The notes beneath the pieces are model-generated. The model was not told the origin of the DNA. It did no database searches and was given only the letters and a program-made list of their open reading frames with translations. Position numbers and translations under genes: made by a program. A stretch of DNA of 64,000 nt. Source: an uncultured Sphingomonadales bacterium. GTDB lineage: Bacteria; Pseudomonadota; Alphaproteobacteria; Sphingomonadales; Sphingomonadaceae. Of this stretch, positions 55,352 through 64,000 are shown in pieces. Position 1 is the first letter of the stretch; every line of letters starts with the position of its first letter. The stretch spans positions 12,426 to 76,425 of the forward strand of contig CAINGT010000076.1 of NCBI GenBank assembly GCA_903848655.1, written 5' to 3'.

Positions 55352-56853
55352 CCGCGATTCTCGACTGGCCGGTCACCGCCAATGATGCGCTGGGCATCGA
55401 TTTGTGGACCGCCGATGCGATTGCCGCCGCGACGGGCGGCAGCGTGGCAGGCGGGCCTTTCGCAGTGGCAGGGGTCACCACCGACAGCCGCGAGGTGATC
55501 GCGGGCGACCTGTTCATCGCGCTGTCGGGCGAAAGCGCCGATGGTCACCGGTTCGTCGATGGTGCAATGGCGCGCGGTGCAGCGGGCGTGCTGGTCGAAC
55601 ACCCGGTGCCGCACCCGCACGTGCTGGTCGCGAATACGGCGGCTGCGCTCAATGCGCTGGGCCGGGCGGCGCGCGCGCGGCTGGGGGCAGATGCGCGGGT
55701 GATCGGGGTAACCGGGTCGGCGGGCAAGACCGGGGTGAAAGAGGCGCTGTTCGCCGCGCTCGACCGGGGCAGCCCCGGCGCGGCGCACCGTTCGGTCAAA
55801 AGCTACAACAACCATGTCGGCGTGCCGCTCAGTCTGGCGCGGATGCCCGCGCGCAGCCGGTTTGGCGTGTTCGAAATGGGCATGAACCATGCGGGCGAAC
55901 TGGCCGCGCTGACCCGGCTGGTGCGGCCTGATGTGGCGATCATCACCACGATTGCGCCCGCGCATATCGGCCATTTTGCCAATGAAGCCGCGATTGCCGC
56001 CGCCAAAGCGGAAATCTTTGAAGGCTTGCAGCCCGGCGGGGTGGCGATCATCCCTGCCGACAATCCGCATGATGCGCTGCTGACGCACGTGGCCCGGCGC
56101 CATGCCGCGCGCGTCATCCGATTTGGCAGCGCGCATGATGCCGATGTACGGATGCTCGATGCCATCCCCACCGCCAGCGGGGGCGCACTGGTGACCGCCG
56201 AATTCGGCCCCGGCAGCGGGAGGCCGCGCAAAGTGTGCTACACCGTGTCGCAGCCCGGCGCGCACTGGGCGGTCAATTCGCTGGCGATCATGGCGGCGGT
56301 GGCTGCGGTCGGCGGTGATCTGGGCGCAGCCGGGCTGGCGCTGGCCGAATTGCCCGATCTGGCCGGACGCGGTGCGCGGCACCGGATCGCAGCCAAAGGC
56401 GGCGATCACTCGGGCCATGCGCTGCTGATCGATGAAAGCTACAACGCCAATCCCGGTTCGATGCGCGCGACTTTGGCGCAATTGGCGGCAACCCCGGCGC
56501 GGCGGCGGCTGGCGGTGCTGGGCGCGATGATGGAACTCGGCGATGGCAGCCATGGCTATCACGCCGCGCTGGCCGATCCGTTGCTCGCCGCCGGGGTCAG
56601 CCACGCGCTGCTGGTGGGCGCGGAAATGGCGGCATTGGCCGAAGCGCTGGGGAAAATCGCAACATCCCGGCTTGCCGCGCCGGTCACATTCGTTCACGTG
56701 GCCGATGTCGCTGCGGCGCGTGCCGTTCTGGAAACAGGCGACTGGGCACCGCAAGGGGGCGATGCGATCCTTGTCAAAGGGTCGAATTCAGTCGGGTTGG
56801 CGGCGCTGGTCAGCCATCTGGTGCAGCGCGCAAGTCCGGCCGGGGACGATTGA
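55348..56853 (+). CDS. murF: UDP-MurNAc-tripeptide:D-Ala-D-Ala ligase
   Basis: VTGSAGKTGVKE, SYNNHVGVPLSL, FEMGMNHAGE, IDESYNANP, LVKGSN. Start set at ATG 55348. Confidence 0.96.
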   Translation: MTAILDWPVTANDALGIDLWTADAIAAATGGSVAGGPFAVAGVTTDSREVIAGDLFIALSGESADGHRFVDGAMARGAAGVLVEHPVPHPHVLVANTAAALNALGRAARARLGADARVIGVTGSAGKTGVKEALFAALDRGSPGAAHRSVKSYNNHVGVPLSLARMPARSRFGVFEMGMNHAGELAALTRLVRPDVAIITTIAPAHIGHFANEAAIAAAKAEIFEGLQPGGVAIIPADNPHDALLTHVARRHAARVIRFGSAHDADVRMLDAIPTASGGALVTAEFGPGSGRPRKVCYTVSQPGAHWAVNSLAIMAAVAAVGGDLGAAGLALAELPDLAGRGARHRIAAKGGDHSGHALLIDESYNANPGSMRATLAQLAATPARRRLAVLGAMMELGDGSHGYHAALADPLLAAGVSHALLVGAEMAALAEALGKIATSRLAAPVTFVHVADVAAARAVLETGDWAPQGGDAILVKGSNSVGLAALVSHLVQRASPAGDD

Positions 56854-57918
56854 ATGCTGTATATTTTTGCACAATGGCTGCATTTCGAAGGGCTTGCCAA
56901 CCTGATCCGGTACCAATCGTTCCGGTCGGGCGCGGCGTTGTTGACTGCGCTGGCGACCGGCCTGCTGATCGGCCCGCGCTTTATCACGATGTTGCGGATG
57001 CGGCAGGGCAAAGGCCAGCCGATCCGCGCCGATGGGCCGCAGACCCACCTTGCCAAACGCGGCACGCCGACGATGGGCGGGCTGATGATCGTGATCGCGC
57101 TGTCGGTGGCGTTGTTGGCGTGGATGGATCTGGGCAGCCGCTATGTCTGGGCCTGTCTGGTGGTGACGCTGGGGTTCGGGCTGATCGGTTTTCTCGACGA
57201 TTATGACAAAGTCACCAAACAAGCGCACAAAGGCGTGTCGGCGCGGTTGCGGCTGCTGGCCGAATTCATCGTGGCGGGGATCGCGGTCGCGCTGGTGACC
57301 GACGGGACCAATCTTTATGTGCCCGTGTTCAGCAATCTGTATGTGCCGATGGGGCCGGTGTATTATCTGTTTGCCGCTTTCGTGATCGTCGGCGCGGGCA
57401 ATGCGGTCAATCTCACCGACGGGCTGGACGGATTGGCGATCATGCCGGTGATTATCGCGGCGGGCACTTTTGCGATCATCGCTTATCTGGCGGGCCGCGC
57501 CGATTATGCGCATTATTTGGGCATTCCGCATGTTCCACGCGCGGGCGAACTGGCGATTTTCTGTGCTGCGGTGATGGGCGCGGGGCTGGCGTTCCTGTGG
57601 TTCAACGCGCCGCCCGCCGCCGTGTTCATGGGCGATACCGGCAGTCTGGCGCTCGGCGGCACGCTGGGGGTGATCGCGGTATCGGTGCACCACGAAATCG
57701 TGCTCGCCATCGTTGGCGGGCTGTTCGTGATGGAGGCGGTGTCGGTGATCGTGCAAGTGCTGGTGTACAAACGCACCGGGAAACGGGTGTTCCGCATGGC
57801 ACCGATCCACCATCATTTCGAACAGTTGGGCTGGCACGAATCGACCGTGGTGATCCGGTTCTGGATCGTGTCGATCGTGCTGGCGCTGCTCGGCCTCGCC
57901 ACACTAAAGCTGCGGTGA
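56854..57918 (+). CDS. mraY: Phospho-MurNAc-pentapeptide translocase
   Basis: [49 protein letters not shown]. Confidence 0.98.
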   Translation: MLYIFAQWLHFEGLANLIRYQSFRSGAALLTALATGLLIGPRFITMLRMRQGKGQPIRADGPQTHLAKRGTPTMGGLMIVIALSVALLAWMDLGSRYVWACLVVTLGFGLIGFLDDYDKVTKQAHKGVSARLRLLAEFIVAGIAVALVTDGTNLYVPVFSNLYVPMGPVYYLFAAFVIVGAGNAVNLTDGLDGLAIMPVIIAAGTFAIIAYLAGRADYAHYLGIPHVPRAGELAIFCAAVMGAGLAFLWFNAPPAAVFMGDTGSLALGGTLGVIAVSVHHEIVLAIVGGLFVMEAVSVIVQVLVYKRTGKRVFRMAPIHHHFEQLGWHESTVVIRFWIVSIVLALLGLATLKLR

Positions 57919-59237
57919 TCGCAGCGATGCTGACCTCTCCCCGATTTGCCGGTCAACGGTTTGCGGTGCTCGGGCTGGCGCGGTCCGGGCTGGCGAGCGT
58001 TGCCAGCCTGATCGCAGGCGGCGCGGACGTAACGGTGTGGGACAACCGCGAAGACGCCCGCGCCGCGCTGGCGGATCGCGCCACCGTCGCCGATCCGCTG
58101 ACGCTTGATCTGACCGGATTTGCGGGCGTGGTGGTCTCGCCCGGCGTGCCGCTGAACCGCCATCCGATTGCTGCCCACGCCGCAGCGTACGACGTGCCGG
58201 TGATCGGCGATATCGAACTGTTTGCGCAAATCCGCGCCGATCTGCCACCGCACCGGGTGGTGGCGATCACCGGCACCAACGGCAAATCGACCACCACCGC
58301 GCTGATCCACCATATCTGCCGTGCCGCCGGGCTGCCCGCGCGCATGGGCGGCAATATCGGGGTGCCGGTGCTGGGTGAAGCGCCATTGGCGGCGGGCGGG
58401 GTCTATGTGCTGGAACTGTCGAGCTATCAGATCGATCTGACACGCAGCCTTGCCGCCGAAATCGCGGTGCTCATCAATCTTAGCCCCGATCATCTTGACC
58501 GGTATGACGGCTATACCGGTTATACCGCCGCCAAAGCGCGGCTGTTTGCGATGCAGACCGCTGACCAGATTGCGGTGTTCGGGCGCGGGGATCGCGATAC
58601 GCTGGCCATCGCCACGCACGTTGCCGCCGCGCGCGGGTCCGATCCGGTGCTGATCCCCGATCCCGCCGCGCTGACCGGGCAAGCCGACTGGCCCGCGCTG
58701 CAAGGGCCGCACAACCTGCAAAATGCCGCGATTGCGGTGGCGGTAGCCCAAGTTCTGGGGATTGACGAAGACGTGTGGCGCGCAGCGCTCGCCAGCTTTG
58801 GCGGATTGCCGCACCGCATGGAGCGGGTGGCCGAAGCGGGCGGGGTGCGCTATGTCAACGATAGCAAGGCGACCAACCCCGCCTCCGCCGCGCCCGCGCT
58901 GGCAGCTTTTGCGCGCATTCACTGGATTTGCGGCGGACTGCCCAAAGCGGATAATCTCGATGATTGCGCGCCGTGGTTCGGCCATGTCATCGCGGCTTAT
59001 GTCATCGGCGAAGCCGGTGCGCGCTTTGCCGAAATTCTTGACGGCCATGTGCCAGTGGTGCGCAGCGAATTGCTGGCCAATGCGGTGCGCCAGGCGATGG
59101 CGGCGGCGCGCCCGGGCGACGTGGTGCTGCTGAGCCCGGCTTGTGCCAGCTTTGACCAGTTTCGCGATTTTGAGGCGCGCGGGCAGGCATTCAGCGATAT
59201 TGTCGGCTCGCTGCTGGCCGACCGGGAGCAAGCATGA
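57915..59237 (+). CDS. murD: UDP-MurNAc-L-Ala:D-Glu ligase
   Basis: [59 protein letters not shown]. Start is GTG 57915 or ATG 57927. Confidence 0.96.
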   Translation: MIAAMLTSPRFAGQRFAVLGLARSGLASVASLIAGGADVTVWDNREDARAALADRATVADPLTLDLTGFAGVVVSPGVPLNRHPIAAHAAAYDVPVIGDIELFAQIRADLPPHRVVAITGTNGKSTTTALIHHICRAAGLPARMGGNIGVPVLGEAPLAAGGVYVLELSSYQIDLTRSLAAEIAVLINLSPDHLDRYDGYTGYTAAKARLFAMQTADQIAVFGRGDRDTLAIATHVAAARGSDPVLIPDPAALTGQADWPALQGPHNLQNAAIAVAVAQVLGIDEDVWRAALASFGGLPHRMERVAEAGGVRYVNDSKATNPASAAPALAAFARIHWICGGLPKADNLDDCAPWFGHVIAAYVIGEAGARFAEILDGHVPVVRSELLANAVRQAMAAARPGDVVLLSPACASFDQFRDFEARGQAFSDIVGSLLADREQA

Positions 59238-60469
59238 TGGCAACGCGCCCCGCCTCCACCACGATCCCGGTGCCGACTGGCGATGGCACGGTACGCATGA
59301 TTGATCGCGCCAATCGCTATCGCCGCAGCCGCCGCAGCGAATTGGTGATCTGGTGGCGCGAAATCGACCGGGTGCTGCTGGGGCTGGTGCTGCTGCTGGT
59401 GGTGATCGGCGCAATCGGCGTGGCGGCGGCATCTCCGGCGAGCGCGCACCGGCTGTCCACCGCGCAAAAGACGCTGGGCGATCTCTATTTCTTCTGGCTG
59501 CATCTGCGCTGGCTCGGGCTGGGGCTGGTGGTGATGGTGGCCGCTGCGATGCTGCCGCGCGATACGGCAAGGCGGTTGGCAATCGTGCTGGCGGCGGCGA
59601 TGATTATCGGCCTGGTGCTGGTGCCGCTGGTCGGCACGCCGATCAAAGGCGCGCAGCGCTGGCTGAAGCTCGGGATGACCGGGATCACGCTGCAACCGTC
59701 GGAATTTCTCAAGCCCGGGTTTGCGATTGCGCTGGCCTGGGTGTTGTCGTGGCGGATCCGCGATCCACGCATTCCGGTCGTACCGCTGTCAATCGGGATG
59801 ATCGCGCTGGTCGGCGCGCTGTTGATGATGCAGCCCGACTTTGGATCGACCGTGCTGTTTATCGGCGTGTGGTTCGTGCTGGTGCTGATGTCGGGGCTGT
59901 CGGTCGGGCGGATTGCTGCCAGCATGGGCGCGGGTCTGCTGGTGTTGGTGCTGGCTTATCTGTTCTATCCCAATGCTACCCACCGCATCGACGCGTTTTG
60001 GACCGGGGGCAGTGATTTCGATCAGGTCGATCTGGCGATGCGCACGTTGCGCAACGGCGGTTGGACCGGCACCGGGCTGTGGCTGGGTTGGCGCAAGATG
60101 GCCTTGCCCGAGGCGCATACCGATTACATTTTTTCGGTGATCGGCGAAGAATTCGGGCTGGTGATGTGCGGCGTGATCGTGCTGGTCTATTGCGCGATTG
60201 TGGTGCGGGTGCTCTTGCGTTTGCTGGATGAAGACGATCTGTTCACACTGCTCGCCGCCACCGGACTGACCGCGCAACTGGCGGGGCAGGCGTTCATCAA
60301 CATTCTGGTCAATCTGCAACTGTTCCCGTCAAAGGGGATGACTCTGCCGCTTATCAGCTATGGCGGGTCATCGACCGTCGCCTTGCTGCTCGGGGTGGGG
60401 TTTCTGCTGGCGATCACGCGCCGCAATCCCTGGCTGTCGCGCGCGCCTTCGGCTACGCTTGGCACATGA
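59234..60469 (+). CDS. ftsW: SEDS peptidoglycan polymerase FtsW
   Basis: GAQRWL, LQPSEFLK, QPDFG, PEAHTDYIFSVIGEEFG, KGMTLPLISYGGSS. Confidence 0.97.
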   Translation: MMATRPASTTIPVPTGDGTVRMIDRANRYRRSRRSELVIWWREIDRVLLGLVLLLVVIGAIGVAAASPASAHRLSTAQKTLGDLYFFWLHLRWLGLGLVVMVAAAMLPRDTARRLAIVLAAAMIIGLVLVPLVGTPIKGAQRWLKLGMTGITLQPSEFLKPGFAIALAWVLSWRIRDPRIPVVPLSIGMIALVGALLMMQPDFGSTVLFIGVWFVLVLMSGLSVGRIAASMGAGLLVLVLAYLFYPNATHRIDAFWTGGSDFDQVDLAMRTLRNGGWTGTGLWLGWRKMALPEAHTDYIFSVIGEEFGLVMCGVIVLVYCAIVVRVLLRLLDEDDLFTLLAATGLTAQLAGQAFINILVNLQLFPSKGMTLPLISYGGSSTVALLLGVGFLLAITRRNPWLSRAPSATLGT

Positions 60470-61641
60470 ACGCCGGTGTCTCACGCCATTATGTGCTGGC
60501 CGCCGGGGGTACCGGGGGCCATCTGATCCCGGCATTTGCGCTGGCGACCGAACTGGCGCAACGTGGCCACCATGTCGCGCTAATCACCGATGATCGGGGC
60601 ATGAAAATCCCCGGCAAGCCCGATGATTTGCCTGCGTTCGTGCTGCCTGCTGGCCGTCCGGGGCGCAGCCCGGTCAGCATGGTGCGCGCAGCCGCCGCGA
60701 TCTGGCGCGGGCGCGCGATGGCGTTGCGGCTGTTCGACAGTTTTGCCCCGGCGGCGGTGGTCGGGTTTGGCGGCTATCCGGCGCTGCCCGCGCTGCTGGC
60801 GGCGCAATCCGCGCGCATTCCGACGCTGATCCACGAACAGAATGCGGTGCTCGGGCGGGTCAACCGGTTGCTGGCACGCCGGGTCACTGCCATCGCCACC
60901 GCTTATCCGCACGTCGCACGGTTGCACCCGCGCTGGGCCGCCAAAGTGCATCTGGTCGGCAATCCGGTGCGCGCCGATCTGGTCGACTTGCGGGGGCAGC
61001 CGTTCCCCACATTTGATGAGGAGGGCTTGTTGCGGGTGCTGGTAACCGGGGGCAGCCAGGGCGCAACGATCCTGTCTGACGTTGTGCCCGACGGGCTGGC
61101 GCTATTGCCGCCCGCTTTGCGCCACCGCCTGCAAGTGACGCAGCAATGCCGCCCCGAAGATATCGCGGCGGTGCGCGCGCGCTATGCCGCGCACCAGATC
61201 CCGGCGGAACTCGGCACCTATTTTGAAGATATGGCCGACCGGCTGGGCGAAGCGCATCTGTTCATCGGCCGCGCGGGCGCATCGACGATTGCCGAATTGA
61301 CCGTGGTTGGCCGCCCGGCGATTCTGGTGCCACTGCCCGGCGCGACCGACGATCACCAGACCGCCAATGCCCGCGCGCTGGTGGCAGCAGGCGGCGCGCG
61401 CGCGATCCGCCAAGCGGGGTTTACCGCAAAAGAACTGGCCAAGCAGGTGCAGGCCATCGCGCTGGCCCCCGCCACGCTGGCCAACGCCGCGCACGCCGCA
61501 TGGAATCAGGGGTTGCCCGATGCGGTTAGCGATCTGGCCGATCTGGTCGAAGCGCAAGGCGCAGCGCCGGTAATGGACGTGATCCGCACCACTCCGGCAC
61601 GCCAGCGCGGGGCCGCGCGCGCGGCAGCGGTGGCGCGATGA
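60466..61641 (+). CDS. murG: Lipid II GlcNAc transferase
   Basis: [47 protein letters not shown]. Confidence 0.97.
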   Translation: MNAGVSRHYVLAAGGTGGHLIPAFALATELAQRGHHVALITDDRGMKIPGKPDDLPAFVLPAGRPGRSPVSMVRAAAAIWRGRAMALRLFDSFAPAAVVGFGGYPALPALLAAQSARIPTLIHEQNAVLGRVNRLLARRVTAIATAYPHVARLHPRWAAKVHLVGNPVRADLVDLRGQPFPTFDEEGLLRVLVTGGSQGATILSDVVPDGLALLPPALRHRLQVTQQCRPEDIAAVRARYAAHQIPAELGTYFEDMADRLGEAHLFIGRAGASTIAELTVVGRPAILVPLPGATDDHQTANARALVAAGGARAIRQAGFTAKELAKQVQAIALAPATLANAAHAAWNQGLPDAVSDLADLVEAQGAAPVMDVIRTTPARQRGAARAAAVAR

Positions 61642-63062
61642 AGGGCGTCGGCATCGATATCGGCACGATCCATTTCGTCGGCATCGGCGGGATCGGCATG
61701 TCGGGAATTGCCGAAGTGATGCACAATATGGGCTATAGCGTGCAAGGATCGGACAGCGCCGCCAGCTATGTCGTCGAAGGGTTGCGCGCACGCGGCATCA
61801 CGGTGATGATCGGTCAGCAGGCCGAAAACGTTGCGGGCGCGTCGGTGGTCGTGACCTCCACCGCGGTCAAGCGCGACAATCCCGAAGTCGTCGCCGCGCT
61901 TGAAGCGCGCATTCCCGTGGTGCGCCGCGCCGAAATGCTGGCCGAACTGATGCGGCTGAAAAACACCGTGGCCGTGGCCGGAACGCATGGCAAGACCACG
62001 ACGACCTCGATGGTGGCCTGTTTGCTCGATGCCGGGGGGATCGATCCGACTGTCATCAACGGCGGGATCATAAATTCCTATGGCTCGAACGCACGGCTGG
62101 GCGATAGCGACTGGATGGTGGTCGAAGCCGATGAAAGCGATGGCTCGTTCTTGCGGCTCGATGGCACGATTGCGGTCGTCACCAATATCGATCCCGAACA
62201 TCTCGATCATTATGGCAGCTTTGACCGGGTCAAGGCGGCATTCGTCGAATTCATCGAAAACGTGCCGTTCTATGGCGCGGCGGTGCTGTGCATCGATCAT
62301 CCGGTGGTGCAAGCGGTCATCCCGATGGTGCGCGACCGCCGCGTGGTGACGTATGGCTTTTCCGCGCAAGCCGATGTGCGTGGCGAACATGTCCTGCCCG
62401 AGCCGGGTGGCAACCGCTTTACCGTTGCCTTGCGCCAGCGCGATGGCAGCTTTCGCCGCATTACCGATATCGCGCTGCCGATGGCGGGGCGGCACAATGT
62501 GCAAAATGCGCTGGCGGCGATTGCGGTGGCGCGCGAACTGGGCGTGGCGGACGATGTCATTCGCGGCGGTTTTGCCAAATTTGCCGGGGTCAAGCGGCGC
62601 TTTACCCACGTCGGGACGATTGCGCTCGATGGCGGCAGCGCGGTGGTGATCGATGATTATGGCCACCACCCGGTTGAAATCCGCGCGGTGCTGGCCGCCG
62701 CGCGCGAAAGCGCCGCCGGGCGGGTGATCGCGGTGGTGCAACCGCACCGCTTTACCCGGCTGCGCGATCACCTCGAAGATTTTCAGGGCGCGTTCAACGA
62801 TGCCGATGTGGTCTATGCCGCGCCGGTCTATGCGGCGGGCGAGGCAGCGATTGCCGGGATCGATTCCGCCGCGCTGGTCGCCGGGATCAAGGCGCGTGGC
62901 CACCGCTCGGCGCACCTGATTGCCGACGCGGACGCGCTGGCGCGCGAATTGGCGCCGCTGCTGCGTGCCGATGATAGCGTGGTGTGCCTTGGCGCGGGTG
63001 ATATCACGCGCTGGGCGGCAGGACTGGCCGATGCGGTTGCGCGCGAACGGGGGCAGGCATGA
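61638..63062 (+). CDS. murC: UDP-MurNAc:L-Ala ligase
   Basis: [53 protein letters not shown]. Confidence 0.98.
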   Translation: MKGVGIDIGTIHFVGIGGIGMSGIAEVMHNMGYSVQGSDSAASYVVEGLRARGITVMIGQQAENVAGASVVVTSTAVKRDNPEVVAALEARIPVVRRAEMLAELMRLKNTVAVAGTHGKTTTTSMVACLLDAGGIDPTVINGGIINSYGSNARLGDSDWMVVEADESDGSFLRLDGTIAVVTNIDPEHLDHYGSFDRVKAAFVEFIENVPFYGAAVLCIDHPVVQAVIPMVRDRRVVTYGFSAQADVRGEHVLPEPGGNRFTVALRQRDGSFRRITDIALPMAGRHNVQNALAAIAVARELGVADDVIRGGFAKFAGVKRRFTHVGTIALDGGSAVVIDDYGHHPVEIRAVLAAARESAAGRVIAVVQPHRFTRLRDHLEDFQGAFNDADVVYAAPVYAAGEAAIAGIDSAALVAGIKARGHRSAHLIADADALARELAPLLRADDSVVCLGAGDITRWAAGLADAVARERGQA

Positions 63063-63955
63063 TAGCCCCGCGTGGCCGGTTGACCGCCGACGCGCCGCTG
63101 GCCCCGCTGGTGTGGTTCAAGACCGGCGGCGCGGCGCAATGGCTGTTCGAACCGGCTGACAGCGATGATTTGTGTGCGTTTCTTGCCGGGCTGGACCCCG
63201 CCGTACCGGTAATGGCGCTGGGGCTGGGGTCGAACCTGATCGTGCGCGATGGCGGGGTGCCCGGCGTGGTGGTACGGCTGGGCAAAGCCTTTGCAACGGT
63301 CGAGCGCTGCGATGCCACCTCGCTGGCCTGCGGTGGCGGGGCAAGCGGCATTCTCGTTGCGTCCGCCGCGCGCGATCAGGGGATTGCGGGCCTGGAATTT
63401 CTGCGCTCGATCCCCGGCACGGTCGGCGGCTTTTGTCGCATGAACGGCGGTGCATATGGCCGCGAGGTCAAGGACATTCTGGTCGATTGCGACGTGGTGC
63501 TCCGCTCGGGCGAGCAGATCTGTGTGCCGCTGGCCGCGATGGGTTACCGCTATCGCCATTCTGCCTTGCCCGCGGGCGCAATCGTCATCGCCGCGCGGTT
63601 TCGCGGCACGCCCGGCGATGCGGCGGCGATCCAGGTCGAAATGGACCGCATCACCGCCGCGCGCGAGGCCAGCCAGCCATTGCGCAGCAAGACCGGCGGC
63701 AGCACGTTCAAGAACCCCGCCGGGCACAAAGCATGGGAACTGATCGATCAGGCCGGGTGTCGGGGCCTGACGCTTGGCGGCGCGCAAGTCAGCGAAAAGC
63801 ACACCAACTTCCTCATCAACACCGGCACCGCCACAAGCGGCGAGATCGAAGCGCTCGGCGAGACAGTGCGCGACAAAGTGCGCGCGGCATCGGGCATCGA
63901 TCTGCACTGGGAAATTCAGCGGGTGGGCAACCCTGTGCCGGGGGATGACGCATGA
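63059..63955 (+). CDS. murB: UDP-GlcNAc-enolpyruvate reductase
   Basis: [19 protein letters not shown]...[29 protein letters not shown]. Confidence 0.97.
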   Translation: MIAPRGRLTADAPLAPLVWFKTGGAAQWLFEPADSDDLCAFLAGLDPAVPVMALGLGSNLIVRDGGVPGVVVRLGKAFATVERCDATSLACGGGASGILVASAARDQGIAGLEFLRSIPGTVGGFCRMNGGAYGREVKDILVDCDVVLRSGEQICVPLAAMGYRYRHSALPAGAIVIAARFRGTPGDAAAIQVEMDRITAAREASQPLRSKTGGSTFKNPAGHKAWELIDQAGCRGLTLGGAQVSEKHTNFLINTGTATSGEIEALGETVRDKVRAASGIDLHWEIQRVGNPVPGDDA

Positions 63956-64000
63956 CTCTGCCCAAACTCCACATCGCGGTGCTGATGGGCGGCTGGTCGA
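63952..64000 (+). CDS. ddl: D-alanine--D-alanine ligase, 5' fragment
   Basis: [16 protein letters not shown] with an ATGA overlap on the murB stop; the expected dcw position. Confidence 0.85.
   Translation, partial: MTLPKLHIAVLMGGWS

Noticed and set aside
50510-64000. dcw cluster as a source of novelty
   Set aside because: Gene order and catalytic motifs are canonical (meso-DAP DNPR in MurE; SxxK, SxN, KTG in FtsI). I saw no frameshifts or insertions.

Overview
High-GC alphaproteobacterial chromosome segment. Gene content and repeat families suggest Sphingomonadales, possibly Novosphingobium (inference). 1-25.4 kb is an accessory-looking type I secretion locus. It holds the 5' end of a T1SS ABC transporter running off the left edge on the minus strand (absent from the ORF track), a divergently transcribed HlyD adaptor, a SWIM-SNF2 helicase, an 18.2-kb gene for a 6059-aa RTX/beta-roll protein (about 63 hand-counted modules) and a divergent cytoplasmic GT4 glycosyltransferase. 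This is the best candidate for an undescribed system: a giant secreted surface protein that may be glycosylated. 25.4-31.3 kb is a probable polarity/cell-cycle module: a TipN/GPR-like coiled-coil protein, a CtrA-like box, and a divergent operon of a degenerate nucleotidyltransferase/CDP-alcohol-transferase-like membrane protein, a DUF2336-like protein and a His-less pseudokinase. 31.3-49.6 kb is housekeeping (gltA, gltX, comEC, CHAP, glnA, glnB, map, M17 peptidase, SH3, argC, NPP, ferredoxin, alkA, SDR, phhB, ccmAB, cysK). 50-64 kb is the dcw cluster, mraZ to the start of ddl. Intergenic DNA carries a CIR-type palindromic element plus relics, REP-like hairpins, a sigma54/NtrC-like promoter and 10-bp-periodic MraZ-type boxes. 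No rRNA, tRNA, CRISPR array or transposase was seen. Family assignments come from motif recognition by eye; no database search was run.
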